IMG/VR virus record: IMGVR_UViG_3300028676_000005
Location: 62,001-126,000 of that record
Length of the DNA stretch: 64,000 bases
Strand: one strand, 5' to 3'
Positions 39,080-47,863 of this stretch are shown one piece after another. Position 1 is the stretch's first letter. Every line of letters starts with the position of its first letter. Under the pieces are notes generated by a model. That model saw only the letters and a program-made list of their open reading frames with translations. It made no database searches and was not told the DNA's origin. A program made the position numbers and the translations under genes.

Positions 39080-40117
39080 TTAACGTCCTGAATGAGAGTT
39101 GCCTGTGTAAAACAACATACGTTCTTGGTCTTGATGACCGATAGTCCCTACGTTGACATGAGGGAAACGATCTTTGAAGGCTGGGCGATAGTTGGAACGA
39201 GACATCCCCATTTCCCACATAGCTTTTTCAACCCACTCCTTGCGCTTATGGTTACGCGGTACCGGGTCTTTCAGATAACCCTCTTTATCCCGAGGTTGTT
39301 TCAGGTCATCTCTGTAAATTTCTGTAATACTGTCGTAATAATCGTAAACACCAAACTCACCACCAAAAGCTTGGTAATCTGGAAACCTTTTCCAGTCCTT
39401 AACAACAAACCCGGCAACCCACAACTCATGTCCCCATACTTGTGCATAAGGACTTTCCTTGGTGTGATCTACAATCCGAGTACTTGTTTCATAAAGATAA
39501 GGGTTGGTTAAGAATCTTGGTTTATTTGTAAAATGCGTGGTAAATGGTTTTTGTTTCTCGTAACCTCCTGACCCATCCAGTTTTTGTTTGTAGTGGTTCA
39601 TAGTAAAAATTGGTGGCATTTCTTTAGCAAATGGGCTTTGTTTTATATGTAACTTTAAATGCCCGTATTGTTTCTGAATGGTCGCTTCTAAATCAAAAGC
39701 AGTCTCTTCGTAACTAATACGACCAACCCTTAACTCAGGTGCTACGAATGCATTATGACTAATAAACTCACCACGACGGAACCCACCGCCTGGCATCATC
39801 AGCCCACGGGCAGGCAAACCGCCAAAGTAGCCCAAAGAACCAATAGCTGTCATTGCTGGACCGCGCACAGCAGGATCTTTACGACGAATAGCATAAACCC
39901 GTTCCAGATGTTCTTTGAACTGTTGGTCGTTCAGATCAGGGCGGATCAAAGCATCCAAACGCGCCAGTGTTTCAGGATCGCTTTCGTAAGGGTGGAATGG
40001 TAACATTGACTTATCGGCAGAACGGGATTCTTTATCGACCAAATCGTCAGCCAACTGGGACAACCCTTCTTCGTAACCTTTATAATCAAATGGTGTGCTA
40101 TCGTCATCGCGTTTCAT
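39080..40117 (-). CDS. Mosaic hypothetical protein with an EF-Tu-like C-terminal peptide
   Basis: 345 aa, AGGAG SD; contains PHVNVGTIGH and GGFRRGE. Confidence 0.8.
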   Translation of the reverse strand: MKRDDDSTPFDYKGYEEGLSQLADDLVDKESRSADKSMLPFHPYESDPETLARLDALIRPDLNDQQFKEHLERVYAIRRKDPAVRGPAMTAIGSLGYFGGLPARGLMMPGGGFRRGEFISHNAFVAPELRVGRISYEETAFDLEATIQKQYGHLKLHIKQSPFAKEMPPIFTMNHYKQKLDGSGGYEKQKPFTTHFTNKPRFLTNPYLYETSTRIVDHTKESPYAQVWGHELWVAGFVVKDWKRFPDYQAFGGEFGVYDYYDSITEIYRDDLKQPRDKEGYLKDPVPRNHKRKEWVEKAMWEMGMSRSNYRPAFKDRFPHVNVGTIGHQDQERMLFYTGNSHSGR

Positions 40118-40175
40118 GGTATTTCTCCTAAAAATAAAAAGGACCAGCGAATGCCAGCCCTTTTACAACAATTAA

Positions 40176-40769
40176 TTAAACGATCTTGGAAGAAGGAGCG
40201 TCACCCAAACGAAGCGTATCCAATGGGTGAGTTTTAAGATCTGAGTGGAATGCTGGTTTGCCGAAGGGAAGCATTTTAACGGAAGTGCTGTTAAACCCTT
40301 CTTTAATAACCTGGAAATAAACAAACTCTTTCCGCCACTTACAAGCCAAAGTCCAGTCAAACTTGAGACCGCAGGTACTGAACAACCATTCTTCTACAAC
40401 GGTGTTGATAATTCCACCAACCACGCCGGTGGTTAATTTGTCGTCAGTAAAGTACGCCTTGGCCAGGTTTTCCAAAGCTTTATCCACACTCAGAGTAACC
40501 CCTTTAATGCGGTAGGTGTATTTACGGGAGCCGTTAACCCACAGATATACCGTTTCATTTTCATTAGAAACGATAACTGTTTTAACATTGCTTTCGCCAT
40601 GGCAGATGCCAAAGAACTTAACATCGTGGGCGAGGCGGTGGTTAAAGGAAAAGGAAGGAACTTCACTTTCCGCCGAAACTGGCATCAGGGTTTCTTTACA
40701 CAACCGCGCAGATTTAGCTGGAACAAAGTAAGCAACGTTGGCACGCAGTTCAAAGGATTTAGTAATCAT
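40176..40769 (-). CDS. Hypothetical protein
   Basis: 197 aa, AGGA SD. Confidence 0.75.
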   Translation of the reverse strand: MITKSFELRANVAYFVPAKSARLCKETLMPVSAESEVPSFSFNHRLAHDVKFFGICHGESNVKTVIVSNENETVYLWVNGSRKYTYRIKGVTLSVDKALENLAKAYFTDDKLTTGVVGGIINTVVEEWLFSTCGLKFDWTLACKWRKEFVYFQVIKEGFNSTSVKMLPFGKPAFHSDLKTHPLDTLRLGDAPSSKIV

Positions 40770-40790
40770 AACGGCATTCCTAGGTAAAAT

Positions 40791-41045
40791 TTAAGAGTTG
40801 AGTTGCTGTTTTTCCGCAATGTCTCTAAGGACATGAATTGCAGCCGGTGCTCTTTCAAGAAGACCAACTAGCAACATTGTTGCTTTAGGGATGGGTGCGT
40901 AGCACGTTTCATAACGAGCAATGTCACTATTACCACGCCCAATCAATGTACTGAATTCTTCTTGTGACATGTGAAGCGACTGACGAACACGACGCATTAA
41001 CTCGGCATGTTCTTTTACAATAGGACGCGCTGGGGTATGAGCCAT
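40791..41045 (-). CDS. XRE-family helix-turn-helix protein
   Basis: MRRVRQSLHMSQEEFSTLIG....IARYE...PIP. Confidence 0.85.
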   Translation of the reverse strand: MAHTPARPIVKEHAELMRRVRQSLHMSQEEFSTLIGRGNSDIARYETCYAPIPKATMLLVGLLERAPAAIHVLRDIAEKQQLNS

Positions 41046-41057
41046 GCCTTCTCCATA

Positions 41058-41090
41058 AGTAAACGTACCGGACTAACCGGTACGTTTACT
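41058..41090 (-). terminator. Hairpin terminator
   Basis: 14-bp stem AGTAAACGTACCGG. Confidence 0.75.
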
Positions 41091-41097
41091 GTGCTAT

Positions 41098-41799
41098 TTA
41101 GCGGATACCGACTTTGAGATACTGGAAGATCTCATTGTTTGGCTGGATACCAAACTTGTCCGCATCGTCGGGGGTATCAATGGCCTGCACACGGCCGGAC
41201 TTGTCGAGATAGAGGACAACGTCACCACGTCCCAGGTGGAGTGTTACAAACTCGGGTGGGGTGTTCAGGGAAAACACACCGTCAAGATCGAAGACGACCA
41301 TGAACTCTTGCCACACTCGATCGGTAACGTCCCATACCCGCCAGCCTTCTTTGAACTTCTCAAACTCCACAGCACGCTCAGGAGAAGGAATAAAGCGTAC
41401 GTTAACGTCTGTACCCATAACACTTGGGCCACCAAAAGGAACCACAGTTACTACTGTGTCCTCGGTTACCTTTAATGAATTTTTCAGTGCCTCAACAAGC
41501 TGACCGCAAGTACCTTCCATAATGCTTTCATGTTTACTGTTAAAAGTAAACGAACCATCCTCGAGCATAAACTGCCCGGTACCACTGGCGGGATGAAACA
41601 TGAACGCACCAGGAATGTGTTGCATACCACCGCCCAAAGTAGGGCGCATGTTGAGATTAGCCGGCGCTGCCACGACTTCAAGCCGCCCCACAGGAGTCAA
41701 CAAAGGGTTACCACCAAATGCGGTGTCATTGCTAAAATCCATTTTAGCTTTGTTGTTTACGGCAGTAGCGTCGAGGTTGATGTTGATGTGCATTGACAT
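41098..41799 (-). CDS. Hypothetical protein
   Basis: Start at ATG 41799 or 41793 after TAAGGA. Confidence 0.75.
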   Translation of the reverse strand: MSMHININLDATAVNNKAKMDFSNDTAFGGNPLLTPVGRLEVVAAPANLNMRPTLGGGMQHIPGAFMFHPASGTGQFMLEDGSFTFNSKHESIMEGTCGQLVEALKNSLKVTEDTVVTVVPFGGPSVMGTDVNVRFIPSPERAVEFEKFKEGWRVWDVTDRVWQEFMVVFDLDGVFSLNTPPEFVTLHLGRGDVVLYLDKSGRVQAIDTPDDADKFGIQPNNEIFQYLKVGIR

Positions 41800-41836
41800 G
41801 TTCCTTAATAATGAAGGGTTGTGTAACTGTGTGCTG

Positions 41837-43081
41837 TTAGTGGCAGAATGCCTTGTATGAAACCGGGGAAGCTTTGCCACGACCACCAACAAACCAATAC
41901 AGGTCAGTTGGTTTCAGAATTGGATTGCCGAATTCACCTTTGGCAAAGTCCATACGCCAAGGTTTGTTATCTTTAGGGTCCACGCCCAGGATGATGATGT
42001 CATCACCGGTAAGTTTGAGTTTGGTAACTTCGGTGATCGACGTTTTGTCAATCTGTTGGAAACCGAAGAGTTCTTTGTACGAGTAACTTTGGAAACGTTC
42101 TGCCGTGAGGCGGTCATCACCATATGGAACTGTGCATTCCGAGATGATGGTGTTGCGACCGGAAGTAACCATCATGCGACCAAAGTAAATGGTCAACGCA
42201 ATGATTGCCACCAGGGAACAGAATACGACACCCATGTTGATACGGCGTTGTACGACACGACGACGTTCAGCAGCGCGGGTTTTGCGAAGTACTGCCAGGC
42301 AGATAATACCCGGATCATTCGACAGGTCTTGCGAATCGTCTAGCTGTTCTACCCGCTCAGACAAATGTTCAATCGCTGTATCGATGTCAGCGGCGGCGGA
42401 TTGCATTGCACGATGGATAGACATTTGACGATTGTTTTCAGGACTGCCTGGACGAGGAGGGATGTTTAACGGATGGTTGTCGTCAGTTAAGAATCGACGC
42501 ATAGCCGGATGGTTTACATTTTGGCCTTCATCACGAGGCCAGTTGCCTTCCGGCTGAACACCAACAGGACGATCACCATCATGATCTTTTGCAAGGAATG
42601 CACGTTCTTCCTCGACATAGACCATAACCACCAATTGAGTAGCCACCATGCGCAACAACTCATTACTTTCCTGAAACCATTCTTTTAGAATAATTTCAAA
42701 GGTTGAACCAGTGTGGCTTACATCACCACCACCCCAGATCGTTATGAGCATTTCGCGAATGGCGTCTTGAGTACTTACGGAAATATCCCACGGGACAGTA
42801 ACCTTAAGCGAATTACCGACATGGGTAACACCAACCGGCGACAAAGCACCCAATGAAATGGTTTTGTTATTTTGGATAAGCGCGCAGTCAACACAACCGA
42901 TACTTCCAAGAAGATGCGCAGCCAAAGCAAACCCACTTGAAAATACACCTTGATCGATAGGGAGATTTTCAGAGGTTACCGCCAGAATGAAAACGCCTTC
43001 TGGTTTTTCTGTCAACGTGGTGCCGTCATTTACAGCGGCTTGACAAAACATTACCAAAGAATCACGGGTAAAACGACGCAT
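41837..43081 (-). CDS. Single-pass membrane protein with a large N-terminal domain
   Basis: 414 aa; Arg-rich stretch, then TM MGVVFCSLVAIIALTIYFG, then a C-terminal domain with two Cys. Confidence 0.8.
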   Translation of the reverse strand: MRRFTRDSLVMFCQAAVNDGTTLTEKPEGVFILAVTSENLPIDQGVFSSGFALAAHLLGSIGCVDCALIQNNKTISLGALSPVGVTHVGNSLKVTVPWDISVSTQDAIREMLITIWGGGDVSHTGSTFEIILKEWFQESNELLRMVATQLVVMVYVEEERAFLAKDHDGDRPVGVQPEGNWPRDEGQNVNHPAMRRFLTDDNHPLNIPPRPGSPENNRQMSIHRAMQSAAADIDTAIEHLSERVEQLDDSQDLSNDPGIICLAVLRKTRAAERRRVVQRRINMGVVFCSLVAIIALTIYFGRMMVTSGRNTIISECTVPYGDDRLTAERFQSYSYKELFGFQQIDKTSITEVTKLKLTGDDIIILGVDPKDNKPWRMDFAKGEFGNPILKPTDLYWFVGGRGKASPVSYKAFCH

Positions 43082-43109
43082 ACTGTACTTCCTTCTGTTA
43101 AGTAATTGT

Positions 43110-43143
43110 TAATACCACTAGCCCGCAAAGGCTAGTGGTATTA
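43110..43143 (-). terminator. Hairpin terminator
   Basis: 14-bp stem TAATACCACTAGCC. Confidence 0.75.
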
Positions 43144-43154
43144 GAGTTGGTACA

Positions 43155-43691
43155 TCAGACGGTCAAACGCGACCGGTTAAACGGTAAGCTGTAGCGACGA
43201 TCAGGATTACGCACATCCCTGAAATAGAGAATAGCGTGTCCGGTCTCTGGCGAGAAATCTCGATTGATACTAAGCGAGTATTCCCCATTGTCTATGTGCA
43301 CCACAATGTGAGGGCGCAAGGTAGTCAATACATAGTTGATGATGGGCAAATATTCGCCATCAAAAAAGTCCTCAATAACCTGTGTCGTCTTTGAACTAAC
43401 CTGGCACCCAGTAAGTTCTTTGCGACTAAGGTTTCCCGCTCCAGCCAGCGCTAGTTCAGCCAACAGAGGTGTAACGTCAACGTTGTTCAGCATGCGCCTG
43501 GTTGGTGTTTGTGGATCGTTGATAATTTCCACCAGACAGTCCATGCCGAAAAGGAACTCACGTATCAGATACTTGGAATCCTTACCGAAAATAGTGACCA
43601 GCTCCGCGGTAAATTTCGGAGTAAGTACATGGTCAAAGTAATTCTGAAAAAGTTTACCTAGAGGGGGTTTTTTGGCAGTATGATTCTCCAT
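43155..43691 (-). CDS. Hypothetical protein (paralogue of 43758-44414)
   Basis: 178 aa, GAGG SD. Confidence 0.8.
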   Translation of the reverse strand: MENHTAKKPPLGKLFQNYFDHVLTPKFTAELVTIFGKDSKYLIREFLFGMDCLVEIINDPQTPTRRMLNNVDVTPLLAELALAGAGNLSRKELTGCQVSSKTTQVIEDFFDGEYLPIINYVLTTLRPHIVVHIDNGEYSLSINRDFSPETGHAILYFRDVRNPDRRYSLPFNRSRLTV

Positions 43692-43736
43692 GGTGTTACC
43701 TCATTAAGGGGAGAGTACCTAAGGGTATTACTTTAC

Positions 43737-43756
43737 ACTGTAATAATGTAGACTTG
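43737..43756 (-). promoter_or_regulatory. Phage early promoter (variant)
   Basis: Minus strand TCTACATTAT-TACA-GT. Confidence 0.6.
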
Positions 43757-43757
43757 A

Positions 43758-44414
43758 TTACTTATGTAAGTTAACTAACCAATCCTTAGGTCCTTGGCAA
43801 AGTAGGAAAGCTGGGTGGAGTCTTTCCAGAAAGAACGGCAATCGCAAAGTGCGTTTGGTTTTCAATTCAATAAAGTCCAGCACACCAAACATTGGGTGAG
43901 GAGTGAGTACCGACAGGTTGAAGATGTAGGTATTCCCCGACATTACAACTGCCACACGGCCCTTGCTATTGGCGTGAAGCAAGCGGAAGATAACGGTGAA
44001 GTAATTGTGGTGAAAGAATTCTTCCAGCAACTTGATAGTTGGGCTACCAACTGATTTGATTTTCCAGTTAGTAGGGTCTTTGGGGTTTGGACGACTGTTG
44101 AAATGGTTATGTACAGATGGCTTGCCACCAAGAGTATCCGGAGTTTCCAGAATACGCTTATCACGGAAATGTGAAGTCGCCATGATGTCAGTGAGTGTAT
44201 CAATGGCGTAAAGCAACTCTGCACGGTCTGCACGGGTCATAGGAGACCCGGTAAAGAAACTATTGGTCTTTGCATCAAGACACGAGTCATGACGGTCGTA
44301 ACGCTCTTTAAAGGTTTCGAACGTTTCTTCTTTAGGGCTATCCCGTTCAACAAGAGCAAGTAGCTCACCAAGACCTGGTTGTGGCATTTTCAAAACAGAA
44401 CTAAACTTTTTCAT
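43758..44414 (-). CDS. Hypothetical protein (paralogue of 43155-43691)
   Basis: 218 aa. Confidence 0.8.
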   Translation of the reverse strand: MKKFSSVLKMPQPGLGELLALVERDSPKEETFETFKERYDRHDSCLDAKTNSFFTGSPMTRADRAELLYAIDTLTDIMATSHFRDKRILETPDTLGGKPSVHNHFNSRPNPKDPTNWKIKSVGSPTIKLLEEFFHHNYFTVIFRLLHANSKGRVAVVMSGNTYIFNLSVLTPHPMFGVLDFIELKTKRTLRLPFFLERLHPAFLLCQGPKDWLVNLHK

Positions 44415-44483
44415 GTAATTGTCCCAATGCTGTGTTATGTTAATAAGTTGACGGTACAGTTATAAAACGATATTGCAGACATA

Positions 44484-44516
44484 ACCCCTACCCACTCTTG
44501 CGAGGGGGTAGGGGGT
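44484..44516 (-). terminator. Hairpin terminator
   Basis: CCCCTACCC/GGGTAGGGG stem; the loop reads GCAA on the minus strand. Confidence 0.75.
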
Positions 44517-44521
44517 AACCT

Positions 44522-45118
44522 TTAAGCTACAGGTTCTGCACCGGCCAGTTGACCGTAGTCGGTGTCAGGGATTTCCAACATTGGGATTACAGCTTCGACC
44601 CAAGTCAGAGTACCGTTGTAAGTAGTACCGGCAATGGCAACAGTAGTGCCACCTTCTGGTACAGTGTAACCATCGTTCTCGTACTGCATTGCTGCGGTCA
44701 GAACGGTGCCTACAGCGGCAGCCACATCGGCGGTTTCGATACCTTCTGGAATTACAACACCAGCGGTAGGAACACCTTCGCCGTCCAGGTAGACGTAAAC
44801 ACCGGCTACCGTTTGTTCGGCCAGAGCTGCTTCGTCAGCCAGAGGAGCACCTGGGTTTTTCAGGGTCCACAGGTTGAGGTCAGTAGCCGCGTTGGCTGCA
44901 GTCCAGGACTGGTTAACACCGCGGAAGCGACGAGTAGCCGACGCAACCGAAGCGTTAAAACGGTTGGGTTGAGCCAACGCAGTGATCGACGTGATTGCTA
45001 CGTCAGGAAAGGTCAAACCGGTAAAGTACGCGAGACTGGTCGCGTCATCTTTGTAACGGTTCAGGTTAAAAGCAAGGAAACGTTCAAAGAACAGTTCCAA
45101 ATGTTTCTTAGCAGCCAT
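44522..45118 (-). CDS. Putative virion protein, paralogue of 22789-23361
   Basis: ATG 45118 after GAGGT; shared N-terminal LF..RF...N..RYKD...L...F.GLT motif; Ala/Thr/Gly-rich. Confidence 0.7.
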   Translation of the reverse strand: MAAKKHLELFFERFLAFNLNRYKDDATSLAYFTGLTFPDVAITSITALAQPNRFNASVASATRRFRGVNQSWTAANAATDLNLWTLKNPGAPLADEAALAEQTVAGVYVYLDGEGVPTAGVVIPEGIETADVAAAVGTVLTAAMQYENDGYTVPEGGTTVAIAGTTYNGTLTWVEAVIPMLEIPDTDYGQLAGAEPVA

Positions 45119-45122
45119 ACCC

Positions 45123-45180
45123 ACCTCGTCAGTATCTTAAAACCCTGGCACAATACCTGGGTATAAGATCCTGACGAGGT
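45123..45180 (-). promoter_or_regulatory. Long hairpin sequestering the SD of 44522-45118
   Basis: ACCTCGTCAG...CTGACGAGGT outer stem plus inner ATCTTA/TAAGAT pairing. Confidence 0.6.
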
Positions 45181-45188
45181 TTATTAAG

Positions 45189-46817
45189 TTAGTGTGTGCT
45201 AACAGCAAACAGCTTGCTGGTGATCAACACTGAACTCAGGTTAGCCAGGATTTTGGCAGTTTGCATACCGCCTTTCAACGCTACAACCGAAGCATGTGCT
45301 GTGTCGTAGATACCCAGATCTTCAGGGTAACCAATTTCCCCGTTTGCCAGGTTCACTACGGTAAGGTCACCTTTCAACAGTTCCTTAACGTCAGCGGTCA
45401 GACGTTCGTATTGCATTTCACACACTTCGACAATGTGTTCTAAAATGTTGAGCTTGTTTTGGTCTTTTTCGTTGTAGTATTGGGCAACCACTGTTCGGCA
45501 AGCCTTAATCAGGCTAGTGCCAACCCCAGGCAAGATGCCGTTAGTAAGCGCACTCTTAACAGCTTTGATAACGTCCTCAAAGCGGTCTTTACGCTCTTTA
45601 ACGTCAGCCTCGGTCTCACCGCCAACCCAGATGGTGATAACTTCACCAGAGAGGTTACGAACACGCTCCTCATCAAAACGAGCACGACGACCAAACCGAG
45701 TAGCCCCGTCATAATTACCCAGGGCTTCTTTAATGAGGTCAATACGAGTTTTGATACGCGCTGTTGCCGCAGCATTTGGAGTAAAGACAGAACGGCCAAC
45801 GCCGACGACCAATGGAGTTTCCGTTACCAGCATATTTCTAACGCCACTAACTTGTTCCAGAGCCGACCAAGATGGGACACCAAAGATAGCCGAGAGATCC
45901 TGCATGATCATGCTACCAACTGAACCGCCAGTACCATTAACCCGGCAGCCAATCATGCTCCTGGATGCACGTACGTTGTCAGGATGTTTGTTAAAGCCTA
46001 CTATGAAACTATCCATGGAAGTTTCGATGGAACGACAGATCAGAACAAACACAACATCAGACGCCTCAACAGGTTTAACGGACATAAGCTGTCCCATCAA
46101 CGCACTCAAACGTTCACCATCAGAATTACGAATGGAGTCATCCAGAATAATTGGGATGTATCGGTTGAGTGTACGCTTACCGCCGCTTGGCCCAGAATAA
46201 AGAGCTGAGTTGCTGTACTCCATGTTGATAGTAAGTCCGTTACCACGAACAATCTTGTCGGTATCTTCAACACCGTTAATCAGATCAAACGAAGGGAACG
46301 AATTAGGATTAGCACGATACTGGTCAATGACAATCTGGCTCAACCCTTCATCATTGTTAGACGAAGTAAGAGCCAGTTTGAAAAGCCGATCATCATTAAC
46401 ATCAATAATGATTGCCTGCTCACGCAAAGAGTGAATCAACTTTTCGCCAACTTCTTCGATAAACCGTTGGTCGCGATAGGTTGGATACCCACGGAACAGA
46501 TTGTAGAACGCCGAAGTCAGCATGATGGTAGTGGTGGTGCCGTCACCACATTCTTCATCAGTCTTGATTGGTGCTTGAGTCATGATCTTGTTGACCACTT
46601 CTTCACGCGGGTCGTTGAATGTAATTGCACGAGCAACGGTTACGCCATCTTTGGTAACCTTAGTGCTGTTACCGGTGGTGAGTACTGCCAGACGACCGTT
46701 AGGACCCATCGTGGCGGTTACAGCCTGGTCTACAGTCTCGACCACTTTGGTTACCATTGTTCTTACATCAGCGTCCAGAGTAATGAACTGAACGGCACCA
46801 TTTTTAACTTCCGACAT
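45189..46817 (-). CDS. groEL: Phage GroEL-like chaperonin
   Basis: TMGPNGR, TKDGVTVA, GDGTTT, ERKDRFED and GILPGVG motifs; 542 aa; no GGM tail. Confidence 0.95.
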   Translation of the reverse strand: MSEVKNGAVQFITLDADVRTMVTKVVETVDQAVTATMGPNGRLAVLTTGNSTKVTKDGVTVARAITFNDPREEVVNKIMTQAPIKTDEECGDGTTTTIMLTSAFYNLFRGYPTYRDQRFIEEVGEKLIHSLREQAIIIDVNDDRLFKLALTSSNNDEGLSQIVIDQYRANPNSFPSFDLINGVEDTDKIVRGNGLTINMEYSNSALYSGPSGGKRTLNRYIPIILDDSIRNSDGERLSALMGQLMSVKPVEASDVVFVLICRSIETSMDSFIVGFNKHPDNVRASRSMIGCRVNGTGGSVGSMIMQDLSAIFGVPSWSALEQVSGVRNMLVTETPLVVGVGRSVFTPNAAATARIKTRIDLIKEALGNYDGATRFGRRARFDEERVRNLSGEVITIWVGGETEADVKERKDRFEDVIKAVKSALTNGILPGVGTSLIKACRTVVAQYYNEKDQNKLNILEHIVEVCEMQYERLTADVKELLKGDLTVVNLANGEIGYPEDLGIYDTAHASVVALKGGMQTAKILANLSSVLITSKLFAVSTH

Positions 46818-46853
46818 AACTGTATCTCCACAAAATTAATGTACCTAATGTAC

Positions 46854-46873
46854 ACAGTAGTAATATAGGTTTG
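46854..46873 (-). promoter_or_regulatory. Phage early promoter of groEL
   Basis: Minus strand CAAACCTATATTAC-TACT-GT. Confidence 0.8.
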
Positions 46874-46884
46874 ATTTATTCTAG

Positions 46885-47502
46885 TTATTTGTCAAACACT
46901 TCACGTTCAAAGAACTTACGGGTTTGGTGAATGGCTTTAATAGCCTTATCAACACCAGCAATCAACTCGCTAATATCTTTAACTTCTTTAAGAGCTTTTC
47001 CATCGTTGTACTCTTTAGAGTTAAAGTAGATGGCATTCACCCGCTGACAATCTGCAATGCGTAAGCTACCCTGACCGTCTTCAGTAAGGTCATAAGCCAC
47101 ATAGCCACCGTATGCGCTAGTCTCGGGATTTAGCCACTCACGCCGAGTTACAGGGCCATCCACGCCAGGTTTGGCATAACGCTTGCGCCATTCCTTATTA
47201 GCCTCTTCTAATACTTCTTTAAGGAGAGTTAACTTCTTCTCTAGAAGCACTAGCCCAATGTCTTCGTTATTAGTGTGCAGTGTAATCCGCACAAGAGTAA
47301 AGAGAGTAAAGCTACCATTCCAGTTATAACGGTATAACTCTGGTTCGCCTTTCTTGCGAGTAGCCTGTGGTTCTAGCCACGGGTTAACCCACATTGAGTA
47401 TGCATAAAAACTAAGATCGGGAATAAACGTTGCATTAATAAAAGATTTACTAAGTACTGAAATACGATCAAACAGAATCGTGCCAGTTTCTGGATAATCC
47501 AT
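46885..47502 (-). CDS. Hypothetical protein
   Basis: Start moved to ATG 47502 (AGGA SD) because the track's GTG lies inside a terminator stem. Confidence 0.75.
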   Translation of the reverse strand: MDYPETGTILFDRISVLSKSFINATFIPDLSFYAYSMWVNPWLEPQATRKKGEPELYRYNWNGSFTLFTLVRITLHTNNEDIGLVLLEKKLTLLKEVLEEANKEWRKRYAKPGVDGPVTRREWLNPETSAYGGYVAYDLTEDGQGSLRIADCQRVNAIYFNSKEYNDGKALKEVKDISELIAGVDKAIKAIHQTRKFFEREVFDK

Positions 47503-47534
47503 GGGCGGTCCTAAAAGAAAATAAATGAGGTTGT

Positions 47535-47568
47535 GTAAACCCTCCACCTGTTAAAGTGGAGGGTTTAC
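47535..47568 (-). terminator. Hairpin terminator
   Basis: 13-bp stem GTAAACCCTCCAC. Confidence 0.75.
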
Positions 47569-47575
47569 TTAGTGG

Positions 47576-47836
47576 TTACTTGGCAACAACCAAAGCCCAG
47601 TGGTTACCGTCAACGATCATGAAGTGGGAATCAGCGTCAACGCGGCCGATGCCTTCAGTTGCATGAACTTCGATTTTACCACCCAGGTTGAACGCATCAG
47701 TGACTTTGCCCAGTTTGTGGACTTTACCAAGGTTGTCCTGGACAACAATGTTGAGCCCTTGTTCGGACTTGATTTGTTCACGGATGCCGCCAAAGACTTC
47801 GTTGCGGATCTTCTGTTTAACTTTTACCTGAGCCAT
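47576..47836 (-). CDS. Candidate divergent GroES/gp31-like co-chaperonin
   Basis: 86 aa, beta-rich, TAAGGA SD; motif order parallels GroES (see findings). Confidence 0.55.
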   Translation of the reverse strand: MAQVKVKQKIRNEVFGGIREQIKSEQGLNIVVQDNLGKVHKLGKVTDAFNLGGKIEVHATEGIGRVDADSHFMIVDGNHWALVVAK

Positions 47837-47863
47837 GATGTTTCCTTATGTATAAATTTTTTG

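Noticed and set aside
44448-44476. Sigma70-like TTGACG-N17-TATTGC
   Set aside because: Poor -10 element, and it points antisense into a terminator.
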